NCBI GenBank assembly: GCA_030704615.1
Contig: CM060731.1
Location: 51,212,001 to 51,276,000 of the forward strand
Direction: 5' to 3'
From: Takakia lepidozioides
Taxonomy: Eukaryota > Plantae > Bryophyta
Length of the DNA: 64,000 bases
The first letter of the stretch is position 1, and the number at the start of each line of letters is the position of its first letter. The position numbers were made by a program, and so were the translations under genes. Below the pieces are notes generated by a model, which worked only from the letters and a program-made list of their open reading frames with translations, was not told the DNA's origin and ran no database searches. This document shows positions 62,294 to 64,000 of the stretch, piece by piece.

Positions 62294-64000
62294 TGTCGTG
62301 CACATACATATCGCTACACAACTACATCGCTGTCCAAAACCACACAACACATGTGCACGCCACACACTAGTATATCACTAGTCCACCACTAGTCCAACCA
62401 CTAGGCTACAACTAGTCAGTCACTAGGCTGCCACTATGCTGCCCACTATGGCAGTCACTAGTCCACACAATCGCCCCCCTAGCTGGTGCTTAGGTCCCTC
62501 TAAGTCCAGGTAGCCACAAGATGTGATAGTGACCATAGCCTCACTAAGTCCTCCACCACTATCCCTACTACACTCAAACTCGATAGATCAAGAGGCCAGG
62601 TGCAAGAGTTGCCCCATCATTAGTCGCCGTCTTGCAACCTGTGAACTTGAGCTTAGGATCTCATGTATTGACTCCTATGAACTTGGCCTCCCATGTCTTG
62701 TTAGCTGCCTCCAGTCATGTCCACTGCCACTATCCCAAGCAGTGTGGACACAACCAATCTCCGTCAGGAACCTTCTCAAGAGGTGGAGTCAAGCATCCCA
62801 TATGCCAACCCCTTGAGCATCGATCACACACCAGCATGGTGGCTGCCCCTTTGGCAGACCCACAAAGCATGCACCTCAAACCTGCAGGTACCACTGCCAA
62901 GTTTGGATCAACTCTGCCATCGACATTGGGAAGGTGACATGGCGCACAATTACGCACATGGTCCTTCCAAGTCATGCCATCCTGACCCTCCAAGATCAGG
63001 ACCCCTGAGGGCAACACCTCTCGAACCCTCAGAATAACACGCCCTGTAGTAACATCCAGAGTCGTAGGAGCAGTCTGCTGCAAATAAACATAGTCACCAG
63101 GGCTAAACCTCCAAACCCCATGACGATATCCTCCACCACGTATAGTGGCATACCTCAACGTATCACGGTGCTGTGCAATGGCAAGGTTCTCAAAAGCCAT
63201 GGGCATGACTTTCTTGAACAACTCTGCACGCTGATCACATGCACGTACCCATACGTCCGGATTGTCAAGGTTAAGGACTTGAGCAGTGTCCATACGAATG
63301 GCTGCAGGCAAATCCGGCTTTCGGCCAAATAGAAGGAAATATGGTGAGAATGAGGCAAGTGATGCTTGTTTGCTGAACCTGTAGCCCATGGCTAACCAAG
63401 GAACCTAAAGATCCCAATCTCCTAGGTATCCCTTCTGCAAGCCATACTTGCGCAAACCCCTCTTCACCGTCTGAACAACTCTCTCTGCCAAGCCATCGGC
63501 CTCAGGATGATCCCGAGAAGTGGTGCGGTGGTCTATCAAGGCTTTATCACACAAAGCCTGAAACTCCCCCAAGAACTCTTTCCCGTGGTCCGTGAGTACC
63601 TCAGCTGGAGCACCAAATCGACTAAGCACACGATCCAAGAATGCATACGCAGCCCCCTCACTAGCCTTGTCAGACAATGGAACCAACTCAATCCACTTGG
63701 AGAAGTGCTCCACCATCACCAACACATATCTGTGGTGGCGCATAGTCGGTGGCAACGGTCCTGCGAAGTCAAGACTCCACCTGTAGCCCAATCCCATGAT
63801 TGGTAAAGGATGCAACTGTGGTATAGGGGCGTTGAATGAAGCACCCACCCTGTCACACACCATGCACCTAGCCATGAACTGTTGCACCTCTGTATGCATA
63901 CCACGCCATAAATACTGCCCCTGTAGTAAACTGTGAGTGCATCGCACTCCAAAATGCCCCAACTCCTCATGGGCATGCCGCACTAACCGTGCACGCTGTG
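62294..64000 (-). mobile_element. Ty3/Gypsy retrotransposon 3' end with PHD-finger integrase and a short (~176-bp) LTR
   Basis: Integrase core, PPT agggggcgat (62470-62480), LTR tgtgtggactag...gtgcacgaca (62469 to 62294). Confidence 0.8.
62730..64000 (-). pseudogene. Integrase (HHCC, DDE) with C-terminal PHD finger; stop at 63405
   Basis: HEELGHFG..CMVC, WSLDFAGP, LTDHGKEF, DGLAERVVQT; CMLC..LVCDRCSRGWHMGCLTPPLEKVPDGDWLCPHC (C4HC3). Confidence 0.88.

Overview
Repeat-dense eukaryotic nuclear DNA, most consistent with a non-seed land plant (PLS-type PPR fragments, GT-AG introns, plant Ty3/Gypsy, CACTA and SINE elements). It holds three copies of one non-chromovirus (Athila/Phygy-like) Ty3/Gypsy family. 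Copy A is the 3' half (1-5878, +), copy B is delimited by a CGAAG TSD (24685-35876, -), and copy C is the 5' half (43823-49860, +). The family carries an extra ORF that starts in the LTR and reads through the PBS, plus a ~1180-codon 3' ORF. Also present: a non-autonomous CACTA carrying PPR/OSB-like fragments (19529-24444, TSD CAT), a MULE-like insertion, tRNA-derived SINEs, and a PHD-finger integrase Gypsy with short LTRs at the right edge. Removing the CACTA and copy B reassembles a large spliced pseudogene (ParB-like + degenerate DNA amino-methyltransferase-like + two FCP1/HAD-like domains) in DNA marked by GGACCnnGGTCC palindromes. A convergent intronless kinase/RING pseudogene pair sits at 38-44 kb. 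The one apparently intact host gene (57215-60045, 6 exons, ~345 aa) is a UbiA-superfamily protein with the NxxxGxxxD and QDxxDxxxD motifs of fungal/bacterial UbiA-type terpene cyclases. All domain calls are by eye, without database searches.
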